DNA of 50,965 nucleotides, taken from the IMG/VR virus record IMGVR_UViG_3300037420_002479, positions 1-50,965 of that record; one strand, 5' to 3'. The notes under the pieces are model-generated. The model was not told where the DNA came from. It worked only from the letters and a program-made list of their open reading frames with translations, and ran no database searches. The stretch is from a virus. Lineage: Duplodnaviria; Caudoviricetes. Positions 30,323-38,442 of this stretch are shown here, piece by piece. Position numbers and translations under genes: made by a program. Every line of letters starts with the position of its first letter. Position 1 is the stretch's first letter.

Positions 30323-30880
30323 ATGTCAATTGAGTTTCGGTTTCATCCAGAAAAAGCTGTTGAAGCCGCAGCGACACTTCTAAAGCTGCATGGTAAGCCT
30401 ATGAAATATCTAGGCTTACTTAAGATGCTTTACATTGCTGACCGAATTGCATTAGAACGCATAGAGCAACCAATTACAGGTGATCACTACGTATCAATGA
30501 AGTATGGTCCTGTTCTTAGCGGTGTCTATGACCTGATCAAGGGGAAGCCGGTTGATAATGCCTTGCCTCTCTGGTCTAAATTCATTTCTCATCGTCACAA
30601 TAATTACGTTCGTCTACTGAATGATCCAGGCAACGAAGAACTCTGTGAAGAGGAGGAAGAAATTCTTCGGGGGGTTTACAAAATCTTTGGTCATATTAAC
30701 CCTTTTACTGTTGCCGATTGGACTCACGGTCTTCCAGAGTGGGAAGACCCTGGTAAGTCTATGAACCCAATTGCAGTAGAAGACGTTCTCAAGAACTTGG
30801 GTAAAAGTGACGAGGAAATTGAGGAAATTGAGCAAGAAGCCCTACGAGAAGCGTATTTAGATAAAGTTTTGCATGTCTAG
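30323..30880 (+). CDS. Panacea (DUF4065/SocA/GepA) domain antitoxin-like protein
   Basis: LLKMLYIADR...ITGDHYVSMKYGPV...WTH.LPEW. Confidence 0.85.
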   Translation: MSIEFRFHPEKAVEAAATLLKLHGKPMKYLGLLKMLYIADRIALERIEQPITGDHYVSMKYGPVLSGVYDLIKGKPVDNALPLWSKFISHRHNNYVRLLNDPGNEELCEEEEEILRGVYKIFGHINPFTVADWTHGLPEWEDPGKSMNPIAVEDVLKNLGKSDEEIEEIEQEALREAYLDKVLHV

Positions 30881-31262
30881 CATCACCATTAATTTGGGGG
30901 ATGCTTTTCTGATAGATACACCTCCCACTGGCGAACATCTCTATATCGCCATTGCCCAAACTTCTGCAAGCAACTACCTGTTTGTCAATGTAACTACTCG
31001 GAGAAATAATTCCGAAACTTCTTGCATTCTTCAACCGGGTCCAGATGTGCCCTGTTTTATTACTCGTGAGTCTGTCATCGCCTACCAATTTGCTCGCGAT
31101 ATGGACGCTGCCCAATTAGCCTCATTGATTACTGTTGGCAGTCCTATTCCAAAAGGGCGTTGTTCGATGGCTGTTCTTGCACAGATTCAGCAGGGTGGTC
31201 TAGCCTCCAAACGCTTAACGAACAAGCACAAGACAGCTCTTAAATCCTTCTTAGGGGTTTGA
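30873..31262 (+). CDS. Putative toxin partner of the Panacea protein (PemK/MazF-like topology suspected)
   Basis: Overlaps the antitoxin stop; GDAFLI...HLYIAI...VNVTT...FITRESVI pattern. Confidence 0.5.
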   Translation: MSSITINLGDAFLIDTPPTGEHLYIAIAQTSASNYLFVNVTTRRNNSETSCILQPGPDVPCFITRESVIAYQFARDMDAAQLASLITVGSPIPKGRCSMAVLAQIQQGGLASKRLTNKHKTALKSFLGV

Positions 31263-31302
31263 TTTCAGCGCTAAACACCGCAGACCCTTCTTTCCGCTCT
31301 CA

Positions 31303-31388
31303 GTAGGAATTCTGGGGCAGTTTGAGCGCTGCCCTGTATGACCCGCACTTTAGTCCTCAAGCTCGTTGCAGCGCGCCGTTCAGTTTAA
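31303..31388 (+). pseudogene. Truncated duplicate of the promoter and first 7 codons (MTRTLVL) of the distal tail gene at 43557
   Basis: gtaggaattctggggcagtttgagcgctgc...atgacccgcactttagt is nearly identical to 43521-43573. Confidence 0.85.
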
Positions 31389-31686
31389 TTTGCGCTTGGG
31401 CAATGCCTTGGTCCTGTTAGTTTGCACGAACTTTGCCCCACTTTAGAGAGGAGTCCTTCATTTTTGACCTTATGCAGAAAGCTACTACCTATCTGAGGCG
31501 AATTCGCATTAGTTCCATCATCGGATACTTGTGTTGATGGGCACGTCGCCCGCTTTCAGACATGAAGTCTTTGTAGATTGTTTATCATAACCAGACTAGG
31601 CTGGTATCGAAGATGTATACTTTGAACGATTAAGTCATCAACGTAAAATTTTAAGCTTGATTTACAGGGGTTGGAGGGAGGTTTGA

Positions 31687-32418
31687 TTGAGTATTAATCA
31701 AGCAGCAATTGATGAAGTGTTTCCAAGCAACCCACTTCGAGATGTTACCTTTGAAGTTCGCTTTCCGTTCAGCTTGCGGGTAAACGGAGCAATTTACGAC
31801 ATTCAGTCGGAGCTTGAGAGTGACTACCCAGTGGTTAGCCGGAAAATGCTAGAAACCGACGAAGATGACTCTAAAAATCTTTACATCTTCACAAATCGAG
31901 AAGCAAGCCAACAAGTTATTGTCAGTGAGGACTACCTCACAATTTCTTTCAACTATTACAAAAGCTTTGAGTACTTCCTTCAAGAGATACTGAAATGTAC
32001 TAAGTTAGTTTTTCACTCTTCTTCGATTAAGGCGTTGACGAGGATTGGGCTTCGATACGTTAACTATTTTAGCCACCCAGAAGCAGTCGATGATGCAGCA
32101 TGGCTTAAGAAGATTGTCAAACCCTTGATCAGCTCTGAGCGGATACAGATGGCACAAACAAAAAGATTTGTGGCAGAAGCTTTATTTAAGAAGCCAAATT
32201 GCTTCTTGAGCAGTCGCACTGTCTACTATCAAGGAGATGAAACAGATGAAGATAAGGAGAGTTTTTACGTTCTAGATATTGATGCTTATACCGAGCAATG
32301 TGTAGCGTCTGAAGAACTAGAAGCAATACTGCATAAGCTTCATCACGAAATTCAGTTAGAGTTTCTGGCAAACATCACTGACGAGTATAAAAAAGAGATG
32401 CGAAGAAAGAGTAAGTAG
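31687..32418 (+). CDS. TIGR04255 family protein
   Basis: NPLRDVTFEVRF, Y.SFE.F, RIGLRYVN, YVLDIDAY motifs. Confidence 0.8.
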   Translation: MSINQAAIDEVFPSNPLRDVTFEVRFPFSLRVNGAIYDIQSELESDYPVVSRKMLETDEDDSKNLYIFTNREASQQVIVSEDYLTISFNYYKSFEYFLQEILKCTKLVFHSSSIKALTRIGLRYVNYFSHPEAVDDAAWLKKIVKPLISSERIQMAQTKRFVAEALFKKPNCFLSSRTVYYQGDETDEDKESFYVLDIDAYTEQCVASEELEAILHKLHHEIQLEFLANITDEYKKEMRRKSK

Positions 32419-32421
32419 ATT

Positions 32422-33201
32422 ATGGCTCGTAAAGAAAATCTTTTAGCTAAACCGAACGCTAGACAGATAGCTATTGAGCGAACAGGAGAAAGTTCAGTCG
32501 ATGCGATTATTGAAGAAAAGCTGCATACGAAGCGAAGTGGGCGAGCGCCTATCCTGCTTCCAAAACTCCCCCTAGAACCGCTAAGCGGTTCTACGACTGA
32601 TGCCGTTTCTAGAACTAGATTTTTTCAGCAGCTAGCAAAAAACTCGGCAAATTCAGATATAAATACTGAATTAACTAATTCAATTGCTGCGAGTCTTGGC
32701 AGGATTGAAGGCTACAGATTAAGGCGAACTGAAGATGAACAGCGTGAGCGAGATCAAAGACTACGTGCTTATCGCGAAGCTTTTCGCCAGGATGCTTGGA
32801 GAATTTACTGCTATCCCCCAGAAGCGCAATCGATAAACAAAAAAATGATTGCATTGATAGACGACGCCCTCGCAATGGCTATACAGGAACAATTGTCGCG
32901 TTCTGACACAGCCGCTATTGAATCAGTCGAAATCTTACGACTAATTCAGCGGCAACCGATGACTATGCAGAACATTGCGGATAGCTTCAAAGTCTCGATT
33001 GAAGATGTTTATCCACTTGTCGGAAAACTTCTTAGTCGCGGCTTTATTGACAAACTGGATGGAAATTTCTTACGAAAGCTCTTTCCATTCATTGGAGCTA
33101 ATCGTCGTCGTGTAACTATAATGACAGATCCTAACACCCACTTTACATTGACGCTGAAGGGGTATTTCAAACTGAATCCTGTTATTACAATTAACAATTG
33201 A
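32422..33201 (+). CDS. Hypothetical protein with C-terminal winged-helix-like region
   Basis: ILRLIQRQPMTMQNIADSFKVSIEDVYPLVGKLLSRGFI. Confidence 0.6.
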   Translation: MARKENLLAKPNARQIAIERTGESSVDAIIEEKLHTKRSGRAPILLPKLPLEPLSGSTTDAVSRTRFFQQLAKNSANSDINTELTNSIAASLGRIEGYRLRRTEDEQRERDQRLRAYREAFRQDAWRIYCYPPEAQSINKKMIALIDDALAMAIQEQLSRSDTAAIESVEILRLIQRQPMTMQNIADSFKVSIEDVYPLVGKLLSRGFIDKLDGNFLRKLFPFIGANRRRVTIMTDPNTHFTLTLKGYFKLNPVITINN

Positions 33202-33202
33202 T

Positions 33203-33922
33203 GTGCTGTTTGCGCTGATAAGTCTAATAAAGGATTGGGCACCCTGGGTTCTGCTTGCCTCGTTTCCATCAGTGCTCAATTTGGTAATTGCTGTTCAAGA
33301 CCTGCAACGAGAAAGCAAACGATTACCTTTCTTTAACCCGTGCGCCTGTTGGGGTTTCTGGATTTTTTGCCTTGTGCAGCTACTGCTACCTGCAATTGCA
33401 TTTTGGCTGTTCTTTTCAATTGACAAAAAGCCGTCAATCGACCTTGTACTTTATATTAAAGCTGGTCTGTTTGGTGTTGGCTTCAATGCCTTCGTTAATA
33501 ACTCAGTACAAGTTGGACCGATTGGGTTTAATGTCAAGGCTTTCTATGATGTGTTTATCGGAATCGCGATTGAGATGATTCTGGCAAAAGAGGCGAGCCG
33601 CACCGCTATCTTCTGGGCAACGCTGACAAGTGAGTTTAGTAACAGTGATACCAAGTTTGAACCAGCGCTGGATTTTTTGACCCAATACGTTAAAACAAGT
33701 GCCGCTCTCGACAGCTCGTTAAAGAGCGATGCCCGTACTAGCATAATGCAGCAGCACGAAGAACTAATAAAGACTGCGAAAAGAAAGAAGTTAGCACCTC
33801 AGAAAGCTGATGCAATTGTCAATGCAATAAAGCAAATTATTAGGCGATGCGATTTGCCTCATGCCTTGCATGAATTTGGCTGCACACAAACTTTAGACAA
33901 ATGCTTTAAGAAAAAACCTTAG
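33203..33922 (+). CDS. Hypothetical membrane protein (N-terminal TM helices plus soluble C-terminus)
   Basis: 3-4 hydrophobic segments; coupled to upstream ORF. Confidence 0.65.
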   Translation: MLFALISLIKDWAPWVLLASFPSVLNLVIAVQDLQRESKRLPFFNPCACWGFWIFCLVQLLLPAIAFWLFFSIDKKPSIDLVLYIKAGLFGVGFNAFVNNSVQVGPIGFNVKAFYDVFIGIAIEMILAKEASRTAIFWATLTSEFSNSDTKFEPALDFLTQYVKTSAALDSSLKSDARTSIMQQHEELIKTAKRKKLAPQKADAIVNAIKQIIRRCDLPHALHEFGCTQTLDKCFKKKP

Positions 33923-33987
33923 TGTTCTTAAGGAGCAGTTTCAGAAAATGTCAAGACAACGCTTATGAATCCTCTGCCAACCCGCTC

Positions 33988-34287
33988 TTAGTCCTCCCAA
34001 ACCAACTCTCGCCAGTTGGGAGGAATTAAGCCTTTTCTGAGTGCCTTGAAGACAAGTCCTTGATGACTTCGATCTGCTCTGAGTGTATGGCAGATCACGC
34101 ACAGCGTTCTTAAGTTTTCATCGATATTCATTCCTCCTTTGCTTAAAGGTGTTTTGTGATCAATGTGGCAGTCGTTGAGATTGACGGGTGTGTTGCAGTG
34201 TTGGCACTGACCACGATCGCGGTCGTAGATGCGCTGTCTTGTCAGTTTCCAGATTTCTCTGGGTTGTCTTCTGTGTTTCCTTGCCAT
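33988..34287 (-). CDS. HNH endonuclease (99 aa); start ATG lies inside the last array tract
   Basis: CQHC...HIDHKTPLSKGGMN...NLRTLCVICH. Confidence 0.9.
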   Translation of the reverse strand: MARKHRRQPREIWKLTRQRIYDRDRGQCQHCNTPVNLNDCHIDHKTPLSKGGMNIDENLRTLCVICHTLRADRSHQGLVFKALRKGLIPPNWRELVWED

Positions 34288-34615
34288 GCCTTGCCGTACC
34301 CTAACTGACCGCGCCGAGACCCACCGCGCCAAGACTCACCACACCTGACCAGACCTGACCCGGACGCACCAAGCCTAGTTGCGACTGATAGCCGCTTTAA
34401 TATGAGTTCTGTATAATCCTTGCCTTGCCAGAACTCGCCTCACCGCACCTGAACACGCCTTGACCCGCCTTACCGAGCCGCACCATGCCTGATTGCGACT
34501 GATAGTCGCTTTAATATGAGTTCTGTATAATCCTTGCCTTGCCTTGCCAGAACTCACCGCGCCAGAACTTAACGCACCGCGACTCGCCGTACCGCGCCTT
34601 GCCACGCCAGACCGC
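34278..34615 (-). ncRNA. Putative guide-RNA array: three (GKY-NN)n tracts with 16, 14 and 19 internal NN units, separated by two 41-nt constant repeats
   Basis: Strict 5-nt periodicity; constant repeats 34490-34530 and 34376-34416 are 38/41 identical with a GCGAC-TATCA-GTCGC hairpin; NN strings decode to TMP segments. Confidence 0.85.
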
Positions 34616-34621
34616 GTGAAC

Positions 34622-35239
34622 CTATGCCGCTTTCTTTAGCTGTAGTTCAGCCACATCAAACGACACAAGTTCAAACCTACCATAGCCAACGGAACGCCCG
34701 TCAGCGATGCCCGTAAATCGACCCGCATCAATGACAGCAGCTTCCATCTCACCGCGAGAGACGATCGTTTTATCCCACTGAATATGAAAGCTGGCTGTCC
34801 ATCCAGACGATGCGCCGATACGATAGCGGAGATTTCTTGCCCGTGTGCTTGGGTTTCTTACGCCCTGAACATCCAGAAACACAGGCAGTTCAGGATTTTG
34901 CTCAGGGATCTCTGGAACTCGCAACACCTCACCGTCGCGCTCAATGAAGATAAAATCTTCTTCAACTTGCAATGTTGCAGAAATGAACGGCTGCAATGTG
35001 CCACGTTTACGAGGGGTGTGTTTTGCTCCATCTCTAATGGCTGCAAACAAATAGCTCGACTTGACGTACAGCCTACGATCGCTAGTCATCAAAACGGTTT
35101 TCTTCCATTCTTCAGGATCGTGCCCTGCTACCCCTGTTTTCTCTTGCTTTTCCAGTGGTAGTGCATCGGGTCCGAAATGATGCCATAGCATGGCTCGAAT
35201 GCCAGAAATTTGAATGTTAGCTCTGAGAATATTTGCCAT
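34622..35239 (-). CDS. Stand-alone Cas7/RAMP-like protein (putative guide-RNA-binding effector)
   Basis: N-terminal beta strand and loop, LYVKSSYLFAAIRDGA helix, C-terminal Gly-rich loop GIADGRSVGYGRF; directly upstream of the array; no other cas genes. Confidence 0.75.
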   Translation of the reverse strand: MANILRANIQISGIRAMLWHHFGPDALPLEKQEKTGVAGHDPEEWKKTVLMTSDRRLYVKSSYLFAAIRDGAKHTPRKRGTLQPFISATLQVEEDFIFIERDGEVLRVPEIPEQNPELPVFLDVQGVRNPSTRARNLRYRIGASSGWTASFHIQWDKTIVSRGEMEAAVIDAGRFTGIADGRSVGYGRFELVSFDVAELQLKKAA

Positions 35240-35261
35240 GATGTCTCCTGAAATATTGTGT

Positions 35262-35723
35262 TTAACCCAACTGATACACGCAAATCTGCTCTGCCCTCTC
35301 TAGCCCCAGCTCTTGCAGAATGGAGTCTGCGATCCGATGAGGAAATTGAGTGAGGGAGAGTTCAACCTGATTTGCAAACACACCTAAAAAGCGAGATCGT
35401 CCAAAGGTGACAACTGCCTCCTCAATCAAGGCGTCCAGATTGCGAATGATAGGAATCAACAGATCGATCTCATCACCGCCACCCTGTAAACCGTCTTGAA
35501 CGTAGCGGATTAGAGGAGCGGCTTCAGGAGGTAAACAGGAGTGTTTCAGAACTAACTCTGTGTCAATGAGATCAAGACAGTCTTTCGCGAGTTCTCTAGC
35601 CGCTGTTTCTGCCTGCTCTACGGTAGACACAGCGTATTCTTTGCCGTTGATGAGGAAGCACGTTAAGCCGTAGAAATCATCTTGAAGCTTTCGGATTTCC
35701 GTTCTAGTTGCTGTAGTTACCAT
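35262..35723 (-). CDS. Hypothetical protein in the Cas7-like operon
   Basis: 153-aa ORF co-oriented 22 nt upstream of the RAMP gene. Confidence 0.65.
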   Translation of the reverse strand: MVTTATRTEIRKLQDDFYGLTCFLINGKEYAVSTVEQAETAARELAKDCLDLIDTELVLKHSCLPPEAAPLIRYVQDGLQGGGDEIDLLIPIIRNLDALIEEAVVTFGRSRFLGVFANQVELSLTQFPHRIADSILQELGLERAEQICVYQLG

Positions 35724-35795
35724 GACTTGCCCTAGTTCCAGGATGGGGATGTAGCGATCTGGACAGTCACCCGTTTGGGTGACTGTCGTAAGGCT

Positions 35796-36110
35796 TTAAG
35801 CGATCGGGCGAACTTTCTTTAGGGCTAACTCAAACGCGCGGCGATTGTAGGCGTGTGTTGAATTGCTGTCTGTGCAATGAAACACAGCATCCTCTACCAA
35901 GGACTCGATCGAGAGTTCAAGCCAGGTAATGAGAGCTTTCTGGATATCCTCACGACGATATTCAGTTCCTTGCTCAAAGGCAAGATTCGACTGAATCACG
36001 AGGGCAGATTGAAAAAGTTGAGTCTGGATAGCGTCGTTGTCTAGGTAAAGGCTGAAAGTATCCGATTCAACAGACTGAACTTGTGGCTTAGATTCAAGAG
36101 TTGTTAACAT
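35796..36110 (-). CDS. Hypothetical protein, first gene of the leftward operon
   Basis: 104-aa ORF downstream of the leftward promoter. Confidence 0.65.
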   Translation of the reverse strand: MLTTLESKPQVQSVESDTFSLYLDNDAIQTQLFQSALVIQSNLAFEQGTEYRREDIQKALITWLELSIESLVEDAVFHCTDSNSTHAYNRRAFELALKKVRPIA

Positions 36111-36187
36111 TGTTATTGGTTCAATAAAGGACTTTCAAGAAAGGCACTGTCTCTGATTGGCGTTGGTGACAGTGCCTTTCTGTATTC

Positions 36188-36256
36188 AATCTAGCTAAAA
36201 CGTACAACATTGTCAATAAGTAAATAATTGACAATCCGTACAACAATTAATATGAT
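36188..36256. promoter_or_regulatory. Back-to-back sigma70 promoters with CGTACAACA boxes in both spacers
   Basis: + strand TTGACA(36228)-17-TATGAT(36251); - strand TTGACA(36216)-17-TAGATT(36193); CGTACAACA at 36201 and 36237. Confidence 0.8.
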
Positions 36257-36289
36257 GACCACAAGTTGATAAAGTTTAAGAGGTCAAAA

Positions 36290-36637
36290 ATGTACGGGAT
36301 TCTTAGTCCGCCGATTAACGTGGTTCCTCTGTCCAAGCTTAGGCAAGGTCTTTCGCGCTATCGTCGTCAAGTTCAAGGCGGCGAGGTGGTTCCTGTGGAC
36401 TACTACAAAGACCGTATAGGCTACTTAATTCCGCTTACCATTGCCGAAACGCTACAGTTCTCGTCAGAGCGGGAGTTGAGCCTAATTGAGTTCAGAGACG
36501 ACCTTAATTCAGCTTGGGAGTCGATCGATTCTGGTACTGATTGCATTTGGTTGACTTACCACGGTGAGCGACGTATCGCCTTTGTGTCAACCAGGGTCTA
36601 TCAGCCTGAAGAGGAGAGTACGGACAGCCAGCAATAA
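36290..36637 (+). CDS. Tandem Phd/YefM-like DNA-binding protein (putative repressor)
   Basis: Two repeats of the Phd-like pattern (VPLSKLRQGL...; LSLIEFRDDL...LTYHGERRIAFV). Confidence 0.55.
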   Translation: MYGILSPPINVVPLSKLRQGLSRYRRQVQGGEVVPVDYYKDRIGYLIPLTIAETLQFSSERELSLIEFRDDLNSAWESIDSGTDCIWLTYHGERRIAFVSTRVYQPEEESTDSQQ

Positions 36638-36693
36638 ATTCCTAATCGCAAAGCTAGAGGTTTATTGCTGAATAAGGTATCAGAAGCAATTAA

Positions 36694-37227
36694 TCAGTTG
36701 ACAGGCTCATAAGTGAGAACGCAGAACGGATTAGAGGAGAACTCTTCTCGCTTAGACACAATTGGATGACTCTTGGCGGTCGGAGTGTCACCTACTGCTT
36801 GCTGAATCTGTCTTACCGACTCCATCACTTGAGCACCTTTTCGGTTGAAATTGTCCCAAGTTCGCTTATCCGACTCAAACAACTCATTCGAGTTCCAGAC
36901 TTTAAACTTCCAGGTGTGGTCAACAGTTACCCCACCGATACTTTTTTCTTGAATCTTCACAGCTACGAGATGATACTTCGCTTCTGAATCTCGTCCGTCC
37001 GTCTTCGTTTCTTTTCCGATAACCTCCCACTTCTCCACTGCCTGCAAAGGCTGCTCTACTTTGGGGGACTCGTTCGCATGACATCCAAACTCTTTCTGCT
37101 TCTCGCTCTGCCCACTTTTCACAGTCTCCAGATATGCATTCACAACGCTCTCCGGACTTGACGCATTCTGACATCCGAACAGGGATGATACAACGATCGC
37201 GCACAGCGCAAATCGAACCAATTTCAT
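36694..37227 (-). CDS. Lipoprotein
   Basis: Signal peptide with lipobox LFGC. Confidence 0.75.
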   Translation of the reverse strand: MKLVRFALCAIVVSSLFGCQNASSPESVVNAYLETVKSGQSEKQKEFGCHANESPKVEQPLQAVEKWEVIGKETKTDGRDSEAKYHLVAVKIQEKSIGGVTVDHTWKFKVWNSNELFESDKRTWDNFNRKGAQVMESVRQIQQAVGDTPTAKSHPIVSKREEFSSNPFCVLTYEPVN

Positions 37228-37350
37228 TGTGTTTTCTCCAAGGGGTCGGCTTTAAAGTCCCCAAAAATCAAACAGCAATCGCTCTCCCCTTGGAAGTTAG
37301 AACGATCGCTGCTGTACCCCACCTACCGTTTTACCTAGAGGTGAAGCCTT

Positions 37351-38118
37351 ATGGAATTCTCGCACGAGCGAGCCATCGCTCTAGTCCGCTCAACTGAAGA
37401 TTTCCCGGTAGATTTTGATGACGCTTGGCAATGGATCGGCTACTCCACCAAGCAGATGGCTCGAAAGAAGCTAAACAACAATTTCGAGCACGGAGTAGAC
37501 TTTTTAATCAAGGGATTAAAAAGCTCTCAGGGAGGACGATCTAGCGAACATATTGTTCTTACGATCGACTGCTTTAAGTCTCTTGGCATGATGGCAGGTA
37601 CTCAGAAAGGGAAAGAGATTCGACACCACTTTCTAGACTGCGAACGTCAGCTTAAAGAAGTACTGTTATCGACCGCTCCCGACCCCATCGCCACAGCCTT
37701 CAGCATTGCAGATCACTTCCGGTCATTGCTTGCCAACGCAGGCATCGACCCCGCGATCGCCACTCTCATCGGCTTGAAATACATCGAGCGTCAGCTTCCC
37801 CAGCTAAAGCCAGAAGTTGAGGAGAGCCGCGAATTGATCGGCAAGCATCACGCCTCAGACAGTCACTATCTCACCCCAACTGAATTGGGACAGCAAACGG
37901 GCAAGAAAGCGAAAGACATCAACATCGCCCTAGAGCTTGCAGGATTTCAGGTCAAGAAATCAGACGGCAAGCACACTCGATGGGATCTGACCGACACAGG
38001 TAAGAACTACGGCAAAGTATTTCTCGCTGCTGCCCAAACAAGTCGCTGGTCAGGGGGGCAAGTGAAATGGAAGCCTGACGTATTGCAAATTCTAGGACTG
38101 GAGGTAAGCCATGTCTAA
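37351..38118 (+). CDS. Phage antirepressor-like protein
   Basis: FPVDFDDAWQWIGY...LTIDCFKSLGMM...GKEIRHHFLDCE N-domain; LTPTELG...W.LT..G C-domain; GAGG RBS. Confidence 0.78.
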   Translation: MEFSHERAIALVRSTEDFPVDFDDAWQWIGYSTKQMARKKLNNNFEHGVDFLIKGLKSSQGGRSSEHIVLTIDCFKSLGMMAGTQKGKEIRHHFLDCERQLKEVLLSTAPDPIATAFSIADHFRSLLANAGIDPAIATLIGLKYIERQLPQLKPEVEESRELIGKHHASDSHYLTPTELGQQTGKKAKDINIALELAGFQVKKSDGKHTRWDLTDTGKNYGKVFLAAAQTSRWSGGQVKWKPDVLQILGLEVSHV

Positions 38119-38392
38119 TGTACCTGTAAATTCAAAGCTTCAGGCATTTGAGCAGAAACTAAAACAACTCATTGAGAATCCCGACCCCAAGCCCAAATAC
38201 GAACTCTGGCAAATCGTTCGCTGGAAAATAGCTGATTACAAGGAGGAAGATCAAGGCAGAATTGCAGGCTTCTACTTCATATCGGTTGGAATTGCCTTTC
38301 AAGATGCCTCTGAGCCGGGTTGGTACTACCACATTGAGGACGGCTACTGTCATGCCATTGTCCACGAAGACAGCATTGTAGGAGCAGTATAA
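38111..38392 (+). CDS. Hypothetical protein (SH3-like, DUF1392-like)
   Basis: PKYELWQIV...G.IAG...GWYY pattern shared with the next ORF. Confidence 0.55.
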   Translation: MSNVPVNSKLQAFEQKLKQLIENPDPKPKYELWQIVRWKIADYKEEDQGRIAGFYFISVGIAFQDASEPGWYYHIEDGYCHAIVHEDSIVGAV

Positions 38393-38442
38393 GGACGCTT
38401 GCTGCGTCTTCAGTTTTCATCCACTAACCATAGGTAAAAGCC

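Noticed and set aside
34375-34605. 76-aa ORF MARRGTASRG... and the 15-aa N-terminal extension of the HNH ORF (34332)
   Set aside because: Arg/Gly/Ala-rich translations of the pentamer array; better explained as non-coding RNA
34278-34615. Canonical CRISPR array, or simple microsatellite
   Set aside because: Only two 41-nt repeats, the 'spacers' are 73-98 nt pentamer tracts, and there is no cas1/cas2. It is not a slippage microsatellite because the NN positions are highly variable and decode to TMP sequence
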